Assembly (NCBI GenBank): GCA_051294375.1
Contig: CM119268.1
Coordinates: 9,731,216-9,795,215 of the forward strand
Length of the DNA: 64,000 bases
Source of the DNA: Paraspadella gotoi
Lineage: Eukaryota; Animalia; Chaetognatha
Reading direction: 5' to 3'
Shown piece by piece: positions 27,341 through 38,821 of this stretch. Below the pieces are notes generated by a model that was not told the origin of the DNA, did no database searches, and saw only the letters and a program-made list of their open reading frames with translations. Position numbers and translations under genes: made by a program. Positions within the stretch are counted from its first letter, which is position 1. Each line of letters begins with the position of its first letter.

Positions 27341-27682
27341 GAAATGAGTGTTTTTGGCCTGACTTTCTCGAAGCCTTAAAGGCGATGAATCACAGGGGTA
27401 AGCAGTTGCGCCTGAAGAGGAGGCTCGAGTCCAACCAAGTCAAAAAGAAAACAAAAAGCAAACGCGGTTGCTAAAACTAACCCGGGTTAAGTAAAACTCG
27501 TGGTTAAAACCGGCAAATACATAAATAAAGCGATATATTCTGATATCAGAACATAAACCATAACTAAAAACAACAAAAAAGTACACATTGACGAGATTTG
27601 GTACCCAACAGATAAAATTATAACGTTTCAGTTGAGAAAACTAATTCTCCTAGAAATTCTAAAGAGACATGGGTCGGGCATC

Positions 27683-30107
27683 TCACTCTTTCCCCAGTGC
27701 AGTTTTCATTCTTTTGATAACTTGGAGGCAATTTCCTTTTTTGCGTTGCAACTCTTCAATATGTCGGTCGCAGACCGACTCCTGCTCATCCAGTTTGGCG
27801 ATGATGCTCATCAACGCTGACTCGCCCACAACCGCGAATTCGGAAGACCTAACGAAATCTGCCGCCAACTGGGACCCGATATTCGAAACGTATTCCGACA
27901 TTGTTAAGACGCCTTCTTTGAAAAAAAAATTAAGTCACTACCACTAATGAAATAATTCATACTTGTGAGTGTAATTCATTACTTGTGAGTGTGATGTGAA
28001 AATGATAAAATTTTAGAAAATTAAAATTTAACATATAAAATATAAAAATAAAAACCAATAAAAATACTTTGGTAAATTTATTTTTTAATTTTATACATTA
28101 GTGGGCACCAGTGAGCTATATTTATATATAGTAATAAGTATATAATAAGCTAAAATTTCAAATAGCAAATTTCTAAATTTTAAGATCGGATTTGGATTCC
28201 TTGCAAAAAGTTGATATAAGAAAGTATAATTCTTTTTTAAAAATTCTTTCAATAGGTTGGTTAAAAATGTAAAAAACTATATTTAAGATATCGATTTTCA
28301 ATTTCGAACTTAAAAATATTTTTTTAAATAATTTTAACCTACTTATGATGAGTTTATGTCCAACACTTAATGACCTAATTTTTGAAAAAGATTTATGAAA
28401 TTGGTACAACCAATATAAAAATTAAAAATTATATTTTCTTTTATCAACTTTTAACGCGGAATCTGAATCTGTTCTCAGAAGTTAAAAAAAAATATTTTGA
28501 AATTTTGACATTATATAAGGGTAGTAATATATACAAAATAAGTTGACTGGGCTACTATATTTGTAAAAAAAGAAAAATAATTATAGATTAATATTCATTA
28601 ATATGATAGTTTTCAAGATATAACTGCTATATTTTGATTCCAAACTTTCACTTCACCCTATTGTTCAGTGTACCAAAAGGAATCTTACCAATTACTATTA
28701 CCTTCAGTAGAGGATATCCTTGCACGTTTGGCTTCCCCTGAGCCCCCGGATATTTCGACTAACAACCGCTGCTGCTCAGCTTCTTTCGCATCTCTTTTAG
28801 AATTCGTCACTCCGTGATCAGAAAGGCTCCCATTTGATCCGTTGCTTTTCAAATTCCGAGATTTCGGCTCTGCCGGCTTGTTAGAGGACCCCATCGCCGG
28901 GAGAACTTCGAGGGCTTGACGGGCCTTTCCGAGAGCGGCGCCGCGTTGCAAATTTCTTTTTATTTCACCCGACGAAGTTAGGGGAGAATGCAAGCGCGGA
29001 CGAGATGAAGTTTTATCACCCCGAGAGGTTGTATTTTTAGCAAAAGAGGAGTTGAAAGAGACGCGTTTGAAGGGTGCTTTAGACTAAAAAAACAAAAAAA
29101 CATTTTGTAATACAATATACATTATACAATTTGGCGTTCGTTACTCTCTGATCGTTTCACCTGGTCGGGTTCAATATCATTCTCGACAGTTTTGTTCCCG
29201 ATCCTTTTTTCGGAAAAATCAAAAGGCGACCTTGGACTGTTTCGCCTGTTAATTTCCGAACCCGTTCGTGGGCCGTTTCTGTCTGTCAAACTCGGATTAG
29301 GAAGGAAGGAATTGAAGCCACGCGGAGATTTGTAGGGCGAGGCGCGGGAAATTGATGCGGTGTGGTTCGTCTAAGAAAGAAAAGAATAAAACATGCTATA
29401 TTTGGGAAGTGAGAAATACGTAATTTGTGCATGCTGCAATTAAGCCTTAAATCACTAACATTGGTCTCATCTCGATTTTCAATGACAGAAAGCAGAGTCT
29501 CCTCGCGGACTGGGTTTTTTCCGCCAACTTTTGAGACTTTGGTCGAGTTCGATTCTGGAATTTCCGAATCCTTCGTCGCATGCTCATCCTGGCCCGTCGC
29601 TTCTGCGTTGTCATCAAATTGTGCCGCGGTAGACGCCTCGAAACTAAGCGCAAAAGATCAACAGAATAGGCAGTAGATTTTTTCACTTTTATAAATGTCT
29701 CAATATATTGCCATATTATCATTAAAAACTATTAAAAGAGCAAATTTATTAACCTAAATTCGAAATTGGGTTCTGTTTCGTCAACGGCCATGAGAGATCC
29801 GAATGTCAGGGGATTCTCCTCCAGAGCCTCTTGGCCGTTCGCCACTTCGTCTGATCCGTATAGGGATCCGCGACAAACTGGCCAAAAATATAAGTATAGC
29901 AACGCTAAAAGAATTTAAGAAATATATTCTTTCTCGAGGCATTAATTTAATTAATTAATTAATTAATTTAATACTCCTATTTCGACCTTCGGTGTCGGCG
30001 CCATCTTTAGCCGCAAATAACCAAGCGTCGTCGTTTCCGGCGGAGCAGACGTCCCGCCCGAGGTCGCACCCTTCGCCAACGTCCAACAAAAAGTCGTCGG
30101 CTGACAT
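27683..30107 (-). CDS. Multi-exon gene, unknown Ser-rich protein with C-terminal coiled coil
   Basis: GC-rich exon blocks bounded by AG/GT at about 29986-30107, 29755-29878, 29160-29370, 28690-29083 and 27683-27915, plus one near 29460-29660. The last exon reads SALMSIIAKLDEQESVCDRHIEELQRKKGNCLQVIKRMKTALGKE*. Internal boundaries are approximate. Confidence 0.6.
28160..28556. repeat. Degenerate AT-rich dispersed repeat (MITE-like family)
   Basis: Motif TTTTAAGATCGGATT...CTTG.AAAAAGTTG..AAAGTAT.ATTCTTTTTT...AAAAAT...AAAAAC is shared with 38380-38540 and 48845-49000. Confidence 0.5.
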
Positions 30108-30384
30108 TTTGCGTTCAATGTTTGATAAAACAGTTTTAAATTTCACACTGAGCTGCGCCTGTCGCAAAAAAAATTAAACAGAACGAAGCGATAATGCGAA
30201 TCACGGAACAAAACCTTGTAAGAAATCATTCAAGTTTTCGTCCAATTTAGCTCTTGACGCCGATCTGTGCAACAATAATCTAACTGAGAGACGGAATGTT
30301 TTTTTTTTCCAAAACAAAACTGACGTGACGTAAAAACTAATTGAAAAAATGAATTGATCATTTCTTCGCTAAATCTCCCATTTT

Positions 30385-31713
30385 TCAAGGTTTGTATGGC
30401 GGAGGCCTCGACGCATATGAGGGAGGCCCGTGGAAATCATCGTGTTCCGCTGGAGGTGCATGGTTGGAAGGATGAAAGCGTACTTCGACCTCCTCGTCAA
30501 AATCCTCAACGTCCTCATCGCCGATCTGACAGTCGCGGCAGTATTCGCAGCGCCACCAGCAGGCTCTGAAAATTTACATAAATTAAAACTACAAACTCGA
30601 CAACCTGATGGCATATTATTTAGAAATTAAATCGGAAATAACATAGCCACATATTCGAACCTGGCGCGATTGATGACGGTGCTGACGAGAATCACAGACA
30701 CAAAAGAGATGAAGAATTCGGTAATGGCGAGGAAGGTCATACAACCAAAGGGAACCTGGTAGGACTCACGGCGCTCGAACCGTTCCACGCATCGAAAGTT
30801 GGAAAAGACACGAATTTCGGCGAAATAGGTCGTGTAGAAGGAAAGAATGTAGCAGCATACGAGACCAGCCGCCACAGAAGTACATAGAAAATTGATGACC
30901 CGGACTTTCGTCTGCTGCTCGTCGGAAACAAATAAATGTAAGTTGAACAAAAAAACCTGAAAAATCAGAAGAAACCTGAAGCAGGAGAGCGATTCCACAG
31001 CAGCCAGTAAGAAAAGATAACAGCGCGCACATGTACCCGTACGTGTTAAGAGAACGTAGCCATAGATAATCAGACTGTATGCGGATGCTTGAGAAATAGA
31101 ACGTTTTTTAAATGTTCGTGTCATCACGCTAAATTCTACGATCTCATCGACTTTACCTGGTCCAGAACTGCACTAAAAAGATGAGTACGGACAAGAAAAT
31201 GTGAATCGTGGCGAGGACCTTCATGGGCTTAAGCGGAAACCTTTTACGAAGACGCTCGTCGACGAGGGCTGACTCGATCCCAAAGAGCTGCGACCGACTC
31301 GAGGTCGATCGGCGACGACGCGACGAAGGAACGCGAGGCATGATGACGGACTGACGATTTGCAATCGGGGATCACGGGGCAAATTAGAGATGAGAACGAC
31401 AAAATGAACTAAGTTCTCTTCTCACCTCGGGACGATTCCGAGAGTATCGGGCAAAAACGGGGGCGTTTCTGGGATTCGACCCGCGTACCGGAAACACGCC
31501 GGAAACGATCGAAGGCGTCCGATTTGCCGAGGGAGGCGTCGCTCGAGTAATATGGTGGCCTTCGGCGGGGATGGCGGAGTTAGGAGACGAAGGGTCGGAT
31601 GTTTCACCAGTCGGTGGAGGTCTCGGCGGCAGAGGTCTCGGCGGCAACGAAGGGAGAGGAGCAAATTCCCTCGAGGCCGAGGCCGAAACAGAAACGGAAG
31701 GCTCGCCGGACAT
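30385..31713 (-). CDS. Four-transmembrane CD20/MS4A-like protein with Pro-rich N-terminus and C-terminal PPxY motifs, 5 exons
   Basis: Phase-consistent splicing gives hydrophobic segments VLATIHIFLSVLIFLVQFW, YGYMCALLSFLTGCCGIALLL, VINFLCTSVAAGLVCCYILSFY and FGCMTFLAITEFFISFVSVILVSTVI, then a tail ending GPPSYASRPPPYKP*. The family label is inferred from topology. Confidence 0.65.
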
Positions 31714-32084
31714 GATGAATGGACGTGAATAATAAGCAAAACGTTTTACAGGTATCGTGCTAATAAATTAAAAGTGAATGAAACAAAATCGGATATTTTT
31801 TTACTTTCGCTTTTCCGAAAGCGTAGAAAAGATTAAATGGCCGTCGTCATAATATTTTAATGTTCATATTTTTATTCAAATATAAACTTCCATAAGAATT
31901 TAAGATGAGCTAACACAAACAATGAAAAAAAAACGCACTTTATCAAAATTGAAACAAAAACGATTTTTAGCTAGAGTAGATGTCTCGACTGTCGTACGAG
32001 AAAGAAGCGTAAAACAAAGGTCAATTAAAAAGACGCAAAGCTAACGTGTCTATGACTAAGAAATAAGGAAATTTTGGTAACAAA

Positions 32085-34094
32085 CTAAAGTGAAAGTTTG
32101 GGGTTTCGCATTTTGAGACCTCGACCGCGACTGCTCGATGAGGTCGCCTTGTCCGTCGAGTCGCCGGAACCTCGGTCGTACAAACTCGAGGCCGACGCGG
32201 CGGTCGGAGGATAAAGAAAAGGTTTGGAGGTGGCGGAGCCAGGCCCAACGCGATGCCAAGATTCCGCCGCGCTTACGAAGTCATCGGCCGAATTGAGAGA
32301 AGCGGCGATCCTTCCGACGACCCCATCGTCAACAATATTCGATCTCGGCGAATGAGGCGAGGACGAACAAGAGGCCAATTTATTCCGACCGTCGCCGCCT
32401 CCGCCGCAGTTAGTGACGGCCTGGCGTGAGGCGTGGGCAACCTTCGTCTCGAATTTGGATAAGGACGGCAGATGTCGCTCAGTCAAATCGAATTCGTAAA
32501 CCTGAAGAAAAATTTGCATTTACTACAAAATCTTGACAGATTTATAAAAAAAAAAAACTTTATTAAAAGTTTAAAGCTAAAGATGAGTGAAAAAGCAACC
32601 ACCTGCGAACTTTTTATAGCGTCGAAGATAGCGAAACACCATCGATAGAGTTGACTAAGTGTGCAATCGCGGACCTCAAGTTGCTCGTGGTAGTGACATC
32701 GAATTCCAGAAACGTAGTCCCAAATCGATTGCGTTAAAACCTTTAACGAGAAAATCGTGGTGAGAGAAAACGCTATCCCATAATGAAGACAACTTCGTCC
32801 CTAACCCTTTGAACGGAATTGCGACTGGGAACGGTGGTGACGTTCTCTGACTTAGAGTGAAGATAAAAAAGCTGAACCAAACGTTCGAGCGGCAGCACTC
32901 TCGGCGGGAGCGCCCTTGGACTGCCCGTCGATATTTCCCCTTGAACCGCTAGATAAGAAAAACAAGCCTCCACCTGAGAGCGAAACAGAAAGAGGGCATT
33001 CTGTGCCACTTATTGAAACGAGCGAGCTATACTAAGAGAGCGACATACCATTTCTATATCGTCACTCCACGTGAAGACGATGGGGATTCCTATGGAGTGG
33101 CCGCGCGAGAACATGTGGATCAAGTCTTCGTAGATGGCGGCGTGATCCTTGAATCGACAACGATCATCGTCGGTGAACTCAGGAATGTCGAATCTACAAA
33201 TGGGGATTCGGGGGGGGGGGAAGAATCGTAAATATGACTCGTTAAAAAGGGTTTTAAGATGGCGCCTGCCTGTCGCAAAGAGGAATCTGATGACGTTGCT
33301 CGGATCTGTAACGCTCTTCGTACATGTAACCCATGGGACAGGGGCCAGGGTCGATGAAGGACTGAAAGTTTCCGACGATTCCCTTAAGGGTAAAAATTAG
33401 GTTAACAACTTTGAAATCGTTTTCAGATTAAATTAGAAGAATCTTACCTCCTTAAGAGAAAATTCAATTCCAGCCACCTCGCACGGAAGATAACCGTCTT
33501 CAGTTAGGACGAAGTATTCGAAATGCACAAGGAAAAACCTTTCGTTGATAAATTTATCGCCAGACGGCCATGTAAGCCGGAGGTTCTGCCGATGAGAAAA
33601 AACATCATCATTCTGCAAAAAATATATTTATTATTTAAACATTCCGGAAACCTTGACGTCGTCATCCAATCTGAGCAGACGGTCAGTGCGCTCATGCTCG
33701 CGCTTTTCATAATCCCCAACCGGTTCACACTATAATAAAGTTAACAATACGTATATTGTGCGCCGAACTCAAGATTTTATCACGCGGGAACCTGATTGTT
33801 CATCTTCTTCGATTCGGAAGATTCGTTAGCCAAACTGGAATCGTCATCAAAAGTTCGATTGATCGCCATGCCTTGACTCATGGCTTTATAGCGTTCACGT
33901 TCTTGTGCCGAGAGAGCTTGCCATTTTGGACTAGCTATAGCGGGCATCTAAGCCCAAAACGAAAAGATGATGATTAAGTTAATAAATTAACATTACCTTC
34001 TCACCTCCGCAAACGAAGAAATTTCTTCTCCTTGAGCTTTGAGTTCCTTCATCATTTCAGTCATGAAGTACCAGAAACCATTACGTTTCGCCAT
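32085..34094 (-). CDS. mael: Protein maelstrom (piRNA pathway), HMG box plus MAEL domain
   Basis: HMG-like MAKRNGFWYFM...ASPKWQALSAQERERYK. MAEL motifs YLPCEVAGIEFSLKE|GIVGNFQSFIDPG..GY...HQIP, WDYVSGIRCHYHE...CTLS..RWCF..D and LTERHLP. About 9 exons separated by short introns. Confidence 0.93.
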
Positions 34095-34340
34095 GACTGC
34101 GTTCGCAAGACTCAGCCGAAGCGGTAAACAATTTTTGAAAGCCGTTTAGATTCTAAACAATGTTTCAACAAGGTATAACAAAAGATAACAATTGAATCCC
34201 AAAATCCGAGACTAATTCTACAATTAAACAAGGAATCACTTACAGCTATGTTAAAAATATTACTAAGGAGATGGTTTTCTTTCTGCTGTATTACGATCAT
34301 ATTAACCATATCGCGAAAAACAAAATGCAAAAAATCGCGT

Positions 34341-37300
34341 TCATTGGGATTTGCTGGCGCGTATTTGCCGGTGAATGACGAACGCGGCTATGGCGGCGAT
34401 GGCGGCGACGCACACGAAAGGCGCTAAACGAGTAAAATATCCTTCGCCAGAGGTTTCCCCCTCCTCTTTTTCCTCGGCCTTCTCCTCCTGCTTGAGGAGG
34501 CGTTCCCGCAAAGAAGCAACGCGCAACTCGATATCGCGGCGAATCTCTTCTTCGTACGGATCGTTTTTCCTCTGAAGATGAATAAGATGAGACACCGACG
34601 ACCAATAAAACCGATTCACTTCTCGTCCTCACCTTTGCGTCATGACTGAGGTCGTCCTCGAACACTCCCGTATAACCCTCGCGAGACGTTGAATTGAATA
34701 ATTCGACTTTCTCGGCGTCCGAGTTTTTGAACTCGATGATTCCTTCATCGAAACGGTCTTTGTCCTCAAAACCCACGCACACCCTCTCCGAATCCTCGTA
34801 ATCCTCCTCCGGATTCGCTTCCACAGATTCTTCCTCGCAACAGCATTCTCCAGTGTAGTCATGTCTACCAACTGTTGAGTAACTCGCTGCTGTCGCCACC
34901 TCGGTTGCGTCTTCCTCGATAATTTCTTCTTGTTCCTCGGGATCGTCGAGGGCGGAGAAAACTAAAGGTTCAGACTTGGAAGTTTCGAGCGGCTCCGGCG
35001 TGACGGTTGGCGCTGAATCTATTTTAAGAGCAATGAATAATAAAAATCTTAAAGTATAGTGATCTCGCCAGACGTTACTCTCAAAGAAAATTAATTAAAA
35101 AAAATAAAAAAAAAACAAAACAAACGAATGATTGATGAGATAACAAATTATTGATGTAATAATAATTTATTGATGTAATAGTAATTGATTGATTGATTGA
35201 TGTAATAGTAATTGATTGATTGATTGATGTAATAGTAATTGATTGATTGATTGATGTAATAGTAATTGATTGATTGATTGATGTAATAGTAATTGATTGA
35301 TTGATGTAATAGTAATTGATTGATATAATAGTAATTGATAACCAAATTATTGATGCAATGATAACCAAATTATTGATGCGATGATAACCAAATTATTGAT
35401 GCGATGATAACCAAATTATTGATGCGATGATAACCAAATTATTGATGCGATGATAATCATTCATTGATGCGATGATAATCATTCTTTGATGCGATGATAA
35501 TCATTCTTTGATGCGATGATAATCATTCTTTGATGCGATGATAATCATTCTTTGATGCGATGATAATCATTCATTGATGCGATGATAATCATTCTTTGAT
35601 GCGATGATAATCATTCATTGATGCGATGATAATCATTCATCGTAAACAAACAAATGCGTGTATGAATGAGAGAGAGAAAGAGAAAGCGAGAGAAAGAGAG
35701 AGAAAGAGAAAGCGAGAGAAAGAGAGAGAAAAATGAAGAGAAAAAAAAATAGAGAGAAGCTGGACAGCCGCTGCAGAGCTTAACTCGTTTTTAAACGAAT
35801 CAGATGAAGCAGCAACAAAAAAAAAAAGCTGGACAGCTGAACTCGTCTATATATATATAAAAATTGTTTTGTAAATAAAAAAAAAATGAGTGGAGGAATA
35901 TGAAACGTGTGAATCTAAAAGATGATTAGAAGCTATATCTAAATTTTTATCTTCCTATGGTTACACACTTGAACTATTTTCAATGTTAAAACAGCGTGAC
36001 GACGACGACTACGGTCAAAATAGGCAGAAACGAATTAACATCTCGCGAAATAAAAACAAAAAAATTACAAAAAAAAGAAAAATGGAGATGATTAAAAACC
36101 TAAGATAAACCATACTAACAAACTTAAACCTGGCATTCTCGTCGCGGCGACGCTCCGCCTGTTGTGCCAAGACAACCGGGAGATAACTGTCTCGGGGGTG
36201 GCGCTGGATCGACACGAAATCGCCGAGTCATCGGTTTTCGTCGGACTTTCTAGCAGCGGAGAGAGATTCGTCGACGAAGATTGCGGAGTCACTTCGTGCG
36301 ATTCCGGACAAACCGATTCCCTGAAACATAAAAATATAAATCCACAGATCAGATTTCTCTTGGACCAAAGGTTTGTCTTCGTGAAAGACATCAACTTTCG
36401 ACAGACAGGTCTTTATCAACGCGCATTTCTAGCCTGCATTTTTTCAGTTCCTCATCGCTGTCCGAGTCGAGAGAGTCTCGATCCGAGTGTCGAGCTTCTA
36501 AGGCGGCGTCGAGATCCTTTAACGCCACATCCTTATCCAAATCTTCCCTCTCTCCCTCTTTCACGGAGACGTCGTAGAGGTTGGCGGCCTCCAGCTCCAT
36601 CACCTCTTCGTTTCCTTCGAATTCCGACTCGTCTTCCTCCGTCGCCTCTTCCACTATTTCCAAAACTCCGTAGGGTTCCACTCTTCGGAAGGATTCCGTA
36701 ACTTCCGACTGATTATCACACCAAACGTGTCACGGGTTATGCATCCAAAAATTGGTACAAGAAGCTCACCATCATCGCCCCCTCCATGCTGCTAGGAGGT
36801 CGAGGAGACGCATCGTAGTCGTCGTCGTCGTCGAAGGCGCGGTCGGCTTCGGACACGAGTGAGGTCAAAGATTCGAGATCCCCTTCGTCCGGGCGAGAGG
36901 TGAGGGAGAAGGCCGGACTAACGGATCTCGGAACTTATTGCGGGTGGGAAATAGAGATCGAACGATCAAGACAGGTAGACGTGAGGGAAAATAAATCAAT
37001 CTTCACCTCTTAAAAATCCCTCTTGGCTCTGCTCTGGGACAAAACTTGATCGAGAAATATCCATATTTAACGAAAAATAATTAGCATCGTAATAAAAACA
37101 GTTATTATGTAAGCACACACCTTTTCAATTCGTCGTTTAGGTGAAAAAAATTTTGAGGGAGTTCAGTGAAAGATGCGTGATCGCCGTCTTGAGCATCTAG
37201 GATCAAAACTGGACATGAGGAAACCCGATCATCAGGAGTTCATCATTCGTTCTCGATTACTGCGAAGCGAAGCGTCGTGCTTTCGGCGCCACATCCGTTC

Positions 37301-37661
37301 GGCGGCATCGTGAATGACATTTAGGCGAAGGTCTTCCTTGCCGGCGGCGGCGAAAAGGCGCACGAATTCTCGATGCGTCACATTCTCAACGTTTGTCCCG
37401 TTCACGCACACAATTTTATCTCCCACCTACGAAGGCCAAGGAGAGTAAGGAACACCAACAAACGATCGCGACTGGACGAGGCCCTTTAACCTTGAGTCTC
37501 CCGTCCTGTCGCGCGAATCCGTCCTCATTGATTTTGACGATGAAAATTCCGGGATCCACGAATTCCGGCGTCTGGATAAAGGGGAAGTCCGTTCCGCCGC
37601 GGACGTTGATGCCCAAACCTTGATGACCTTTGACCAGGACCACGGACTCCGTCTCGTACAT
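34341..37661 (-). CDS. SYNJ2BP/OMP25-like N-terminal PDZ protein with long acidic linker and C-terminal tail anchor
   Basis: PDZ from exons 37491-37661 and 37261-37426: GLGINVRGGTD...DPGIFIVKINEDGFARQDGRLK|VGDKIVCVNGTNVENVTH..V.LF. Further acidic exons follow, and the final exon ends LAPFVCVAAIAAIAAFVIHRQIRASKSQ*. Confidence 0.75.
35145..35640. repeat. Compound minisatellite (27-, 23- and 22-bp related units) in an intron
   Basis: TGATGTAATAGTAATTGATTGATTGAT, then TGATGCGATGATAACCAAATTAT, then TGATGCGATGATAATCATTCWT, each in tandem. Confidence 0.95.
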
Positions 37662-38821
37662 CGTTGTCGGGATCGCCGATTTTTTTTTTTTATTTCGATC
37701 CCGACATAGTTTCGAGAAGTTAAAAAAGAAAAATAAAAAAATATCCGGCCGAGAAATGTGGATCGCTCGTTAACGACAATGGGTTGGGTAGCGTAAAATT
37801 CTACGCCATGCCAGTTTTGTTGATAATTTTTTAATGTCGATAAGAGCGAATAGACCGAATAAACCACATGGACATAAGAAGTAAAGGACGAACTATAAAT
37901 GTTATCAAAACGGATCTATAGCATATTAACAATGAGTATGTATAATGATTATTGAATAATCAATATTGGACATGCTTAGTGGGTTACGACATAAAACTGA
38001 CACGCAATTGGCAAAGCGTTATAGCATGATTTAAGTTTTTTAAAAAAAATTGAAATTTCTCGGATAAGGTCACTAATCTCGTCACAAGTGCTTTTTTTAA
38101 TTTGTTTTCTTTCAGTACTTTTATAGCAATTTTCTGCAAAACATAAAAAGTAGCAATTTAATCGAAATAAGGCTGAGCGGTATAATCTCTCGCTAAATCG
38201 ATTACAGTAAGTTGGGTCAAAAATTTCAATTGAGCACCTGCTCAAATGAAAATTTAGACAATAAAAAAAAAAATTGAAAAGATACAATATTTTTAATATA
38301 ACTCTATAAATTATATATTATTTTTTTAATATTTATTTAAAATAGGAATGGCTAAAAAATTTTTAAAGATTTGTTTATTTTTAAGATCGGATTCGGGTAG
38401 CTTGGAAAAAGTTGTCTACACAAAGTATTATTCTTTTTTTGCTATCTTGATCATAAGTGGGTGAAAAATAAGAAAAACCATTAAAAATCATCCTCATCAT
38501 CTTTCAATAATTTTATTTCTTTTTCTTAATTTTGAGCTAGAAAACGTAAGAATTCTTGATTTAATTTTTTTTTTATCATTATATAGTAATTTCTATAGCA
38601 ACAAGAAAAGCATTAAAATTAAATTTTTTTAAAAAAAAATTCTTTTTCTACCTGAAAGCAGACAGCAAGATTAAAGCTTTGTACCCCCGCCCCTCTTGAT
38701 TTTAATTTCATAGTAGATATCTAACATTAATCTTGAACGCGAATTGGATAGTATCAGAACTCTTTGCAGTCTACACAGCAAATATTTTATACGCCCGTAA
38801 ATCAGACATAGAAAATTGATT

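Noticed and set aside
35081-35640. Regular short repeats resembling a CRISPR array, and the overlapping ORFs 35081..35368 and 35148..35345
   Set aside because: Head-to-tail units with no unique spacers, in a eukaryotic intron; the ORFs are repeat translations.
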